From Candidatus Woesearchaeota archaeon (lineage in GTDB: Archaea > Nanobdellota > Nanobdellia > Woesearchaeales > J072): a stretch of DNA of 43,371 nucleotides. Where the stretch lies: the NCBI GenBank assembly GCA_003695265.1, contig RFII01000047.1:1-43371 (forward strand), given 5' to 3'. The notes under the pieces are model-generated. The model was not told where the DNA came from, ran no database searches, and saw only the letters and a program-made list of their open reading frames with translations. The position numbers and the translations under genes are program-made. Positions within the stretch are counted from its first letter, which is position 1. Each line of letters starts with the position of its first letter. Positions 16,278 to 24,053 of this stretch are shown piece after piece.

Positions 16278-17972
16278 ATGAACTTTAAAAGAGAAATCAT
16301 CAAGTTATTGAAAGAGCATATTGCCAAATACACGGATTTTGCTGAAAGCAGCATTGAGGTGCCTCCCGACACCAAGATGGGGGATTATGCCTTCCCATGC
16401 TTTTCTCTTGCCAAAAATCTTAATAAAAACCCTGCGCAAATAGCTGCTGATCTTAAGAAAAAAATAAAAGTAAAGTCGCCATTATTAGCAGTTGAGGCAA
16501 AAGGGCCTTACCTTAATTTCTTTCTGGACAAAAAAAGCGTTATTGAAGCAGCACTAAAGAAAATCTGTAACGAAAAGGAAAAGTATGGCGCTGGAGCAAA
16601 ACAAAAGGAGAAAGTCATGGTCGAGTTCTCGCAGCCAAACACTCATAAAGAATTCCACATAGGCCATCTGAGAAACTGTTGTTTAGGCGACGCATTGTCT
16701 AAAGTGCTCTCATTCTACGGCTTCCCTGTCATTACCGCAAATTACATTAATGACACTGGAGCTCACGTTGCGAAATGCCTATGGATATACAAAAAATTTT
16801 ATGATGGAAAAGAGCCCGAGAATGATAAAGGCAGATGGTTAGGCCAGATTTACGCAGAAGCAACAAAAAAGGTTGAGGAGAACCCTCAGTTTAAGGCTGA
16901 AGTGGACGAAGTTTTGCAAAAGCTGGAGTCAAAAGACCCTGAAATAATGAGGTTGTGGGAAAAAACAAAAAAATGGAGCATGGAAGGCTTCATGAGGATT
17001 TACAAAATATTGAATGTTAAGTTTGACACGTGGTTTTTTGACAACGAATTAATAGAACCCGCAAAAAGAATTGTTGAGGACATGAAAAAGAAAGGTATTG
17101 TTGTTGAGAGCGAGGGCGCGTTAATAGCTGACCTGGAGAGATTTAATCTTCACAAAGTAATAATATTGAAGAGTGACGGCACAACGCCTTACATAACAAA
17201 GGACTTTGAGCTTGCAAACCAGAAGTTTACTAAGTACAAGATTGACAGGTCTATTTATGTTGTTGGCGTTGATCAAAGACTTCATTTCCAGCAACTCTTC
17301 AAAATACTTGAGCTGTATGGTTTTAAGCAGGCGAAGAAGTGTTATCATCTTTCATATGAGCTCGTGCATTTAAAGGAAGGGAAGATGTCATCTCGCCATG
17401 GCAATGCTGTTCTTTTCCTTGACTTATATGAACTTGTGAGGAGGAAGGCATTGGAAGAAGTTGAAAAAAGGCATAAGGACTGGTCGAAGGATGAGAAAAA
17501 AAAGGCAGTAGAACAAATCACTTTGGCTGCGCTTAAGTTCGGAATGGTTTCAATTGAGAACAACAAGGTGATAATATTTGATCCTGATAAGGCGCTTGAC
17601 TTCGAGGGTGAGTCAGGCCCTTACATACAATACACTCACGCGCGGATATGCAGCATAATAAAAAAAGCGTCTAATAAGCAGAAGAAAGTGGATTATTCCC
17701 TTTTAAGAGAGGAATCAGAATACGTTATTGTTAAGAAACTCATGCAGTTCCCAAACATAGTGGAGGAGTCTGCGCAGCATTACAAAGTTCATAACATTGC
17801 CCGCTACTTAATCGAGCTCTGCCAGCTTTTCAACAACTATTACCATTCTGTTAAGGTTATACAAGACGATAAGGAGGTTGAGGCGAGCAGGCTCGCATTA
17901 ATAAATGCTGTTCGGCACGTAATAAGAAACGGCTTAAACCTATTAGGAATTCCTTCTCCGGAAAGAATGTGA
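16278..17972 (+). CDS. argS: Arginyl-tRNA synthetase, copy 1
   Basis: GPYLNFF (Add-1 domain), class-I HIGHLRN, GKMSSRHG (KMSKS equivalent), SGPYIQYTHAR, DALR-type C-terminus ending in M. The ATG at 16278 has a TATA-like box about 28 nt upstream. Confidence 0.93.
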   Translation: MNFKREIIKLLKEHIAKYTDFAESSIEVPPDTKMGDYAFPCFSLAKNLNKNPAQIAADLKKKIKVKSPLLAVEAKGPYLNFFLDKKSVIEAALKKICNEKEKYGAGAKQKEKVMVEFSQPNTHKEFHIGHLRNCCLGDALSKVLSFYGFPVITANYINDTGAHVAKCLWIYKKFYDGKEPENDKGRWLGQIYAEATKKVEENPQFKAEVDEVLQKLESKDPEIMRLWEKTKKWSMEGFMRIYKILNVKFDTWFFDNELIEPAKRIVEDMKKKGIVVESEGALIADLERFNLHKVIILKSDGTTPYITKDFELANQKFTKYKIDRSIYVVGVDQRLHFQQLFKILELYGFKQAKKCYHLSYELVHLKEGKMSSRHGNAVLFLDLYELVRRKALEEVEKRHKDWSKDEKKKAVEQITLAALKFGMVSIENNKVIIFDPDKALDFEGESGPYIQYTHARICSIIKKASNKQKKVDYSLLREESEYVIVKKLMQFPNIVEESAQHYKVHNIARYLIELCQLFNNYYHSVKVIQDDKEVEASRLALINAVRHVIRNGLNLLGIPSPERM

Positions 17973-17979
17973 TAAAATA

Positions 17980-18008
17980 AAATCTTTCAATTTTTTTTAG
18001 AAAGATTT
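17980..18008 (+). terminator. Inverted repeat AAATCTTTC / GAAAGATTT enclosing a T8 run, 3' of argS copy 1
   Basis: 9-bp perfect arms read directly from the sequence. An oligo-T tract (17991-17998) is the usual archaeal termination signal. Confidence 0.4.
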
Positions 18009-18075
18009 AAAAACTGCTTTTTATTGATGTTTCTCTTGCTAAAAAAAGAATAATTGAGGTTTTAGAAGAAGTAGA

Positions 18076-18858
18076 ATGAAAATATTAAAGATTCCTTTCT
18101 CAGCCGGCGGCCTCGGAAAAACAAAGGGGTGTGAACTTGCCCCTGATGCAATTGAGAATGAGGTGAAAAACTTTTTTCTGACAGAATCAGGAGTCTTGCC
18201 AGTTTTTGATTCATCTCAGCTTAAAATAAACCAGTCGAACATTGAAGCAACCAATAAATCTGTGGGAGAAGCGATTAAGAATGTTAATGAGCCCGCAATA
18301 ATACTTGGAGGAGACCACTCAATAACTTACGCCGCTTTTAGCGCGTTTGCAAAAAAATACTCTTCTCCAGGCATCGTTGTTTTTGACGCTCATTTTGACT
18401 GCCAGAGCGACATGGAGCCGCCGACGCATGAGGATTATTTGAGAATGCTAATAAGAAAAGGTGTTGTTTCGCCGCAGAATGTTGTTGTTATAGGCACGAG
18501 AAACTGGCATAAAGATGAGCTTGAGTTTGTGAAGGAGCAGAGAATAAAACATTTCAGCATGAAAGAGATCTCATTTGAAGGCATTAGAGAAGTGTGCGAT
18601 GCTGCAATGTCCATAGCTAAGAATTGGGATGCAATTTATCTTTCAGTTGATATTGACGTTCTGGACCCTTCTTTTGCGCCTGGCACTGGCTATCAAGAGC
18701 CAGGAGGCATGAGTTCGAGAGAATTAATTTATTTTCTTCAACGCTTCAAAAACCTGCGCAAATTAGAAATGATTGATATTGTGGAGGTTAATCCCAAAAA
18801 AGATGTTAATAATATTACAGTAAAGACCGCTGCCAAGATTGTCGTCGAGATGTCCTAG
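18076..18858 (+). CDS. Ureohydrolase (arginase/agmatinase/formiminoglutamase family)
   Basis: All Mn-ligand motifs are present: GGDHSIT, VFDAHFD, SVDIDVLDPSFAPGTG, DIVEVNP. At 260 aa it is short for the family. Confidence 0.85.
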   Translation: MKILKIPFSAGGLGKTKGCELAPDAIENEVKNFFLTESGVLPVFDSSQLKINQSNIEATNKSVGEAIKNVNEPAIILGGDHSITYAAFSAFAKKYSSPGIVVFDAHFDCQSDMEPPTHEDYLRMLIRKGVVSPQNVVVIGTRNWHKDELEFVKEQRIKHFSMKEISFEGIREVCDAAMSIAKNWDAIYLSVDIDVLDPSFAPGTGYQEPGGMSSRELIYFLQRFKNLRKLEMIDIVEVNPKKDVNNITVKTAAKIVVEMS

Positions 18859-18904
18859 CCTAAAACAAAAAATTTATATATTCACCATAATTCTCTCGCC
18901 TTTA

Positions 18905-19096
18905 ATGGGACGGATAAAGACTAAATTGATAAAGCGAATAACATTAGAGCTCTTTGAGGAGCACGGCGACAAGTTTAGTGAGGAATATGAAAAGAACAAG
19001 CAGAAATTAACAGAGTTCGTTGATCTGCCCTCAAAGAAGATGAGAAACATCATTGCAGGTTATTTAACCAGATTAGTAAAAAACAATAAAACCTAG
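18905..19096 (+). CDS. rps17e: 30S ribosomal protein S17e
   Basis: MGRIKTKLIKRITLELFEEH is the S17e N-terminus. The ATG at 18905 lies inside the longer track ORF. Confidence 0.9.
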   Translation: MGRIKTKLIKRITLELFEEHGDKFSEEYEKNKQKLTEFVDLPSKKMRNIIAGYLTRLVKNNKT

Positions 19097-19107
19097 GGGT
19101 GGTATTT

Positions 19108-19398
19108 ATGGCAGAGGAAACATCTGACAACTGCGTCTTTATCGGCGGAAAGCCTTTTATGAACTACGTTACTGGAGTTGTGATGCAGTTCACAACAAAA
19201 AAGGCAACTGAAGTCCTGCTTAAAGCACGAGGAAAATTCATAAGCAGGGCAGTAGACGTTGCAGAAGTAGCGACAAAAAGGTTTATGAAAGGCCAAGCTG
19301 AGGTCAAGGACATCAGAATTGACTCAGAGGAATTTGAGAACAAAGAAGGAAAACAGGTAAGAGTCTCAACCATTGAAATCCTCATCGGCAAGAAATAA
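19108..19398 (+). CDS. albA: DNA/RNA-binding protein Alba
   Basis: NCVFIGGKPFMNYVTGVVMQF...ARGKFISRAVDVAE...VSTIEI matches Alba. GGGGTGG lies before the ATG at 19108. Confidence 0.9.
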   Translation: MAEETSDNCVFIGGKPFMNYVTGVVMQFTTKKATEVLLKARGKFISRAVDVAEVATKRFMKGQAEVKDIRIDSEEFENKEGKQVRVSTIEILIGKK

Positions 19399-19412
19399 TT
19401 TGTTAGGGGATT

Positions 19413-19432
19413 CAAAGGGCATTCTCCCTTTG
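19413..19432 (+). terminator. Hairpin CAAAGGG-cattct-CCCTTTG followed by a T-rich tract, 3' of albA
   Basis: 7-bp perfect stem read from the sequence. TAAATTATTTTTTT follows. Confidence 0.45.
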
Positions 19433-19500
19433 TAAATTATTTTTTTATTCTCTAAAATTCCATTACTTTTAAATACATCTTATCTTATTAGTATCCTTTT

Positions 19501-19585
19501 GGGCCTGTGGTGTAATGGATGCTTCTGCCATAAAGCACAACCGGCTTCGGACCGGTTAATCGGGGTTCGAATCCTCGCAGGCCCA
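19501..19585 (+). tRNA. tRNA-Arg (anticodon UCG) with a 21-nt D-loop (probable ~11-nt insertion/intron)
   Basis: Manual fold: GGGCCTG TG GTGT [AATGGATGCTTCTGCCATAAA] GCAC A ACCGG CTTCGGA CCGGT TAAT CGGGG TTCGAAT CCTCG CAGGCCC A. Anticodon at 19547-19549. No encoded CCA. Confidence 0.8.
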
Positions 19586-19880
19586 TGCTTCATAATCGGT
19601 TCGTCTTCCTATAAAACCCCTAATTAATCCTATGTTATAAAGGTGGGCTAAGTCTTTACAAACTCGCCTGTCATAACAACTAATGTTAAGAAATCTGTCC
19701 AGCCTTGAGGCAAAATCAGGATTATTACAGGCCATATCAGCCGCAATACTAAATTGTTTATCATCTCTCAATAATTCTTCACCAAGGTCTGAGCCAAACT
19801 GGTCGAATTTCATTGAGCATTACAAATTATGGCATAACAAATATAAATTTATTTTGTTTTTATTTTAATCATAAACCTTA

Positions 19881-20123
19881 TTACTTAATTTTCCTTTCCA
19901 AAAGAACCAGCTGCATTACTTTCATTAGTTTTATTTCTTCTTTTAATTCGTTAAGCTCGTTTTTTAAGGTTAGAATCAGCTCGTAATTGTGGTTTGTGTT
20001 GTTAACGTTTTCGTTAATAATCTTCTCAATGTTTTCAATGGAAGACATGCGTGCGTCAATGTCTTTGACCCAGCCGTCTATGTTGGATTTAAGTTCTTTT
20101 ACCTCTTTTTCCACCAGCGCCAT
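19881..20123 (-). CDS. Small coiled-coil protein, 80 aa
   Basis: ORF track. Heptad-rich sequence (VKELKSNIDGWVKDIDARMSSIENIEKIINE...). No recognisable family. Confidence 0.4.
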   Translation of the reverse strand: MALVEKEVKELKSNIDGWVKDIDARMSSIENIEKIINENVNNTNHNYELILTLKNELNELKEEIKLMKVMQLVLLERKIK

Positions 20124-20233
20124 CTTAAATTAACCTATATGTATCTTAATATACATTATGATATACTAACTTATATTTATATGTTTGGATTTTTTTAAGG
20201 TTCCAAAGAGGATATGGTGCTTTGTGAAACAAT

Positions 20234-20241
20234 TTTAAATA
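20234..20241 (+). promoter_or_regulatory. TATA box TTTAAATA, ~27 nt upstream of the tgt ATG
   Basis: Read directly. Confidence 0.45.
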
Positions 20242-20264
20242 ATAGGTGTTAATCTTCACTTTTT

Positions 20265-21395
20265 ATGTTCAAAATAACAGAAGAAGAGGGTCAAGCAAGA
20301 ACAGGCATATTAAAAACATCCCACGGCAAAGTCGAAACGCCGAGCTTTAAGGCAGTCGCTACAAAAGGTGCTGTAAAATTTGTAACGACAGACGAATTGA
20401 AAGAAACAGGAGCGCAGGCCATTATTTCAAACGCGTTTATTCTTTACCTGCGGCCCGGCCTAAACATAATTGAGGAGAGCGGAGGATTGCACAAGTTCAT
20501 GGGTTGGGACAGGACAATATTTACTGATTGCGGCGGCTTCCAGGTTTTCTCGCTCGAGGGCGACTTCCACATTAGGACTATTGATGAGGGCATCGCCTTT
20601 AAGAGTCCTTTTGACGGCTCAAAGCACTTGTTAACGCCCAAAAAAACAATAGAAATCCAGTTGCGGCTAGGCTCAGACGTTGCAATGGCTCTTGACCATA
20701 TGCCTTTGGCTGGATGCACGAAAGCCCAGGCAATTGAATCATTGAAGCACACGCACAAGTGGATGCAGGAATGCAAGAAAATTCATGACAAGGAGAATAA
20801 TAGCAAGCAATTACTCTTTGGAATTGCGCAAGGCTCAATATTTCCTGACTTGCGTCTGAAATCCATAAGGTTTATAGACAGCCTTGATTTTGATGGCATT
20901 GCTTTTGGAGGACTTGCCATAGGAGAACCCAAGGAGAAAATGTATGAGATGATAAGGATAAGCTCTGCAAACTGCTCAGCAGAAAAGCCGCGCTACGTCA
21001 TGGGAGTCGGCTCGCCAATGGATATTCTAAAATGCGTCGCTTTAGGAGTGGACACTTTTGACTCTGTTTTTCCCACAAGAAATGCTAGGCACGGCCAGCT
21101 CTTCACAAGAAAAGGGCCAATAAACATTGAGAATTCCGCATTTAGGAAAGACTTTTCTCCTGTTGACGAGCATTGCAAATGTTTTAGCTGCAAAAAACAC
21201 ACCAGGGCTTACATACATCACCTTTTTAAGACGTCAGAGCCACTAGGCAAAATACTGGCAAGTTACCACAACCTTTTTTTCATACAGCAAATGCTGAGAG
21301 ACGTGAGAAAAGCAATTAAAGGCAATGAATTCAATTATTTCAAAAACACTTTCATAGAGGATTATAAGGGGGTAAATCATAAAGGAAGAAAATGA
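20265..21395 (+). CDS. tgt: tRNA-guanine transglycosylase, bacterial (queuine/preQ1) type
   Basis: TDCGGFQVFSL, FGIAQGS, DGIAFGGLAIGEP, KPRYVMGVGSP, DTFDSVFPTRNARHG, zinc site CKCFSCKKHTRAYIHHL. By eye it aligns much more closely with bacterial Tgt than with archaeosine TGT. There is no C-terminal PUA extension. Confidence 0.88.
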   Translation: MFKITEEEGQARTGILKTSHGKVETPSFKAVATKGAVKFVTTDELKETGAQAIISNAFILYLRPGLNIIEESGGLHKFMGWDRTIFTDCGGFQVFSLEGDFHIRTIDEGIAFKSPFDGSKHLLTPKKTIEIQLRLGSDVAMALDHMPLAGCTKAQAIESLKHTHKWMQECKKIHDKENNSKQLLFGIAQGSIFPDLRLKSIRFIDSLDFDGIAFGGLAIGEPKEKMYEMIRISSANCSAEKPRYVMGVGSPMDILKCVALGVDTFDSVFPTRNARHGQLFTRKGPINIENSAFRKDFSPVDEHCKCFSCKKHTRAYIHHLFKTSEPLGKILASYHNLFFIQQMLRDVRKAIKGNEFNYFKNTFIEDYKGVNHKGRK

Positions 21396-22393
21396 GGTTG
21401 AAATTGAGTGATTTTGATTATGAGCTTCCAAAAGAATTGATTGCGCAGCACGCCTCAATCCCAAAAGACAGCTCTAAGCTGATGATTGTCAGGAAGGATT
21501 CTGTTGAACATAAAAAATTCAGTGATGTAATCAATTATTTGGAGAAAGGGGACGTTCTCGTCATTAATGAGGCAAAGGTTAGCAGAGCAAAGCTTAGGGG
21601 AAGAAAAGAGAGTGGCGGAAAAGCAGAAGTAATACTGTGCAAAAGGCTTGGCAAGGATTTGTTTAAGTGTAGGATAAAAGGCAGTAGGCTGAGAGAAGGC
21701 ATAATCATAAAGTTTAAGCAGGGGTTAAGCTCGAAAATCGTTAAGAAAAATGATGATGTTTTCACAATAAAGTTTAATAAGCCGATTAGTGAGAACCTGA
21801 AAAGACTTTTTGAGCTTCCGCTGCCCCCTTATGTTAAGGAGCCCTTAAAGGACGAGTCTGAGTACCAAACGGTTTACTCCAAAAAAGAAGGATCATTAGC
21901 TGCTCCTACTGCCGGCCTGCATTTCACAGATGAGCTTCTTAAAAGAATAAAGGAGAAAGGTGTTAAGATAGCAAAGATTTGCCTGCACATAGATTTCGGA
22001 ACGTTTCTGCCGATCAGAGGAAAGATTAAAGATCACAAGATGCATGAGGAATGCTTTGAGATTAGCAAAAGAAATGCAGAAATAATCAATAATAGGAAAG
22101 GCCGCTTAATAGTCGTGGGAACAACGTGCGTCCGCGCTTTAGAATCATCTGCTGATGAGAAAGGAAATATTATTCCGCAGAAGAGCAAAACATCTCTTTT
22201 TATCTATCCTGGTTACAGGTTCAAGACTAGAATTGATGCTATAATAACTAATTTTCACCTGCCAAAATCTACTCTGCTCCTCTTGGTTTCTGCATACTTT
22301 GGCAGAGAAAGAATTCTTGAAGCGTACAAGCTTGCAGTAGAAAAAAAGTATAGGTTTTACAGTTTGGGAGATGCTATGATACTTATTTCCTAA
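21392..22393 (+). CDS. queA: S-adenosylmethionine:tRNA ribosyltransferase-isomerase
   Basis: LSDFDYELPKELIAQHA, GTTCVRALES, ITNFHLPKSTLLLLVSAY are QueA hallmarks. ATGA overlap with tgt. Confidence 0.92.
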   Translation: MRLKLSDFDYELPKELIAQHASIPKDSSKLMIVRKDSVEHKKFSDVINYLEKGDVLVINEAKVSRAKLRGRKESGGKAEVILCKRLGKDLFKCRIKGSRLREGIIIKFKQGLSSKIVKKNDDVFTIKFNKPISENLKRLFELPLPPYVKEPLKDESEYQTVYSKKEGSLAAPTAGLHFTDELLKRIKEKGVKIAKICLHIDFGTFLPIRGKIKDHKMHEECFEISKRNAEIINNRKGRLIVVGTTCVRALESSADEKGNIIPQKSKTSLFIYPGYRFKTRIDAIITNFHLPKSTLLLLVSAYFGRERILEAYKLAVEKKYRFYSLGDAMILIS

Positions 22394-22901
22394 TGCTGAA
22401 CTCACACCCACAATAGTTCTGCCTGTAAAGGCCGTGCTTTTTGCTCAGCTCAACAGAACGCCTAAATCCATCCTTCTTTTTTAAATCAATTTCGAGGAAT
22501 CTTCCAAGCTTTCTGCCAATGGAGAATATTTTTTGAGAATTCTTGTGCGGGCTTATTGTTAGGGTTGTTGTGAAAAGGTCAAAGCCGTGCTCCTCAGCAT
22601 AGTCACGAGCCCTTTTCAGGTTGAATTCAAAGCATTTCTCGCATCTCCTGCCGCCTTCTGGCTCTGCCTCAAGGCCTTTGATGAATTCCCGCCAAGCAGC
22701 GTGATTATAAGAATCTTCAACTAATTCTAAATCATAGATTTTTGCTATTTTTCTGGCTTCATTAAGCCTTTTTTCATACTCTTCTTTTGGGTAAATGTTG
22801 GAGCCAGAGAAAAACAATGTGACTTTATAATCTTTTTTTAATTCTTCTATCGAGTGCGTTGAGCATGGCGCGCAGCAAACATGCAACAATAATTTTTTCA
22901 T
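22383..22901 (-). CDS. queH: Epoxyqueuosine reductase QueH (DUF208)
   Basis: 172 aa. LLLHVCCAPCS N-terminal cluster motif and C-terminal YCGCEFS. Convergent with queA, with an 11-nt 3' overlap. Confidence 0.85.
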   Translation of the reverse strand: MKKLLLHVCCAPCSTHSIEELKKDYKVTLFFSGSNIYPKEEYEKRLNEARKIAKIYDLELVEDSYNHAAWREFIKGLEAEPEGGRRCEKCFEFNLKRARDYAEEHGFDLFTTTLTISPHKNSQKIFSIGRKLGRFLEIDLKKKDGFRRSVELSKKHGLYRQNYCGCEFSIRK

Positions 22902-22920
22902 AGGATTCGAGGATGAAATA

Positions 22921-22933
22921 ATAATATAAATAA
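22921..22933 (-). promoter_or_regulatory. TATA-like TTATTTATATTAT (minus strand), ~27 nt upstream of the queH ATG
   Basis: Read directly. Confidence 0.4.
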
Positions 22934-23014
22934 TTAACCAATGCAGATCGAAATAGCTATATATTGGATATTGGGTTGCGAAAGCAGATATAATCCACTC
23001 ATAAATCGGGGTTT

Positions 23015-23033
23015 CAAAGGGGAGTCCCCTTTG
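23015..23033 (-). terminator. Hairpin CAAAGGGG-agt-CCCCTTTG abutting the stop of the 23039..23674 gene
   Basis: 8-bp perfect stem. Same flanks (TTCAAAGGG...CCCTTTGTAAATT) as the hairpin after albA. Confidence 0.45.
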
Positions 23034-23038
23034 TAAAT

Positions 23039-23674
23039 TTATTTCTTAAGTTTCTGATATTCAATGTAAGAATAAACAAACACGAGCAAAACAACAAGTA
23101 AAACAGGAATAATAACAAACCACACGGCATAACCGCTAAAAAAGACTCCGAGCAGAGCAATGATTGCAGCATACTTGAAGAGCTTGCCGCCGATTTTGTG
23201 GGTTTTCTCCCAGACTTCGTCGCTGCTTAAAGTCCAAGGAGTTCTTATGCCTATGAACCAGTTTCGCTCGAAATGCTGCATTATTGTTCCTAAATAATAA
23301 AAAAGAAGGCCTAGAGCAATTGGTATGAGAATGTTCGGGCTTATTTTTATGCCAGCATTCCACAAGGCAATCTGCAGTTGCATTATAATCATAAAAAAAG
23401 ACAATGCTATGATGAAATTGTAGTAATGCTTCTTGAACTTTTCAACGTTTTTCCTAAGAGGGTCAATTTTTGGTATTAGGATAAAAAGGATTATCATTGC
23501 AGAAAGAATTATTGGCACAAGGAAAGAGCCCCAGAATTTTGGCATGTAACCATTGACTTCTCCTCTTGAGTTCCAGTGTGAGGCAAGCTGCTCAGGCATC
23601 CTGGGATAAAAGAACAGGGCAATCAGGAAAGACAATACTACAAGGGCAAGAAGCAAAAAGCTTATTTTCCTCAT
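23039..23674 (-). CDS. SdpI/DUF1648-family integral membrane protein
   Basis: 211 aa. N-terminal YPRMPEQLASHWNSRGEVNGY (DUF1648-like) and NWFIGIRTPWTLSSDEVWEKTH (SdpI-like). About 6 TM helices. Confidence 0.75.
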   Translation of the reverse strand: MRKISFLLLALVVLSFLIALFFYPRMPEQLASHWNSRGEVNGYMPKFWGSFLVPIILSAMIILFILIPKIDPLRKNVEKFKKHYYNFIIALSFFMIIMQLQIALWNAGIKISPNILIPIALGLLFYYLGTIMQHFERNWFIGIRTPWTLSSDEVWEKTHKIGGKLFKYAAIIALLGVFFSGYAVWFVIIPVLLVVLLVFVYSYIEYQKLKK

Positions 23675-23762
23675 ATTATCTTATTCTTTTTTCCTATTTA
23701 AAAACTTTTTTAACTATTCCTGAAAAAACTTAAATATCTGAATTAAATTTTTCTTCTTTTAT

Positions 23763-23863
23763 GGGGCTGTAGTGTAGCTTGGGCGCATCAATTCATTGGT
23801 GCGGAGCACCTATCATTGGGGGTTCGGGGCCTCCAGACCGGAGTTCAAATCTCCGCAGCCCCA
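23763..23863 (+). tRNA. tRNA with ~28 nt of extra sequence between the D-arm and the anticodon stem; best model tRNA-Pro (CGG)
   Basis: Manual fold: GGGGCTG TA GTGT AGCTTGGGC GCAT C [AATTCATTGGTGCGGAGCACCTATCATT] GGGGG TTCGGGG CCTCC AGAC CGGAG TTCAAAT CTCCG CAGCCCC A. Acceptor and T arms are unambiguous. The anticodon (23825-23827) and insertion boundaries are tentative. Confidence 0.7.
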
Positions 23864-24053
23864 TTTTCTTCTGAGTATAATCTGAAAATATTCCGAAAAT
23901 AAAATCAATATCCCGAAAGATTATCGCTTTAACCAAATATTTTACGATTTTTTCTTAAAAGATTTTATTAGAGCCGAACAATTAACAAAAAAACATTAGG
24001 ACTTAGCTTTGGTTGAGAACAGGATTATTTTTTTAAGTAGAGGTAGCTCTAAA

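Noticed and set aside
19556-19813. 85-aa minus-strand ORF (and the 61-aa plus-strand ORF at 19683-19868) in the ~300-bp gap after tRNA-Arg
   Set aside because: The minus ORF needs 30 nt of the tRNA gene's antisense strand to reach its stop. It has no TATA box at the usual distance, no Shine-Dalgarno and no recognisable family. The two ORFs also exclude each other. I treat the region as non-coding or unknown. A remnant of an integrated element next to the tRNA cannot be excluded, but no integrase or att-like repeat is visible.
23763-23863. Alternative readings of the second tRNA: type-II (Leu/Ser) tRNA with a canonical anticodon-loop intron, or a CAT/TCA anticodon in the TCATTGG repeats
   Set aside because: The TCAAT/ATTGG helix would give a loop without U33 and a poorly paired variable arm. 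The CAT and TCA options put a pyrimidine at position 37 and lack a 5-bp stem. The GGGGG/CCTCC stem with the TTCGGGG loop is the only canonical anticodon arm.
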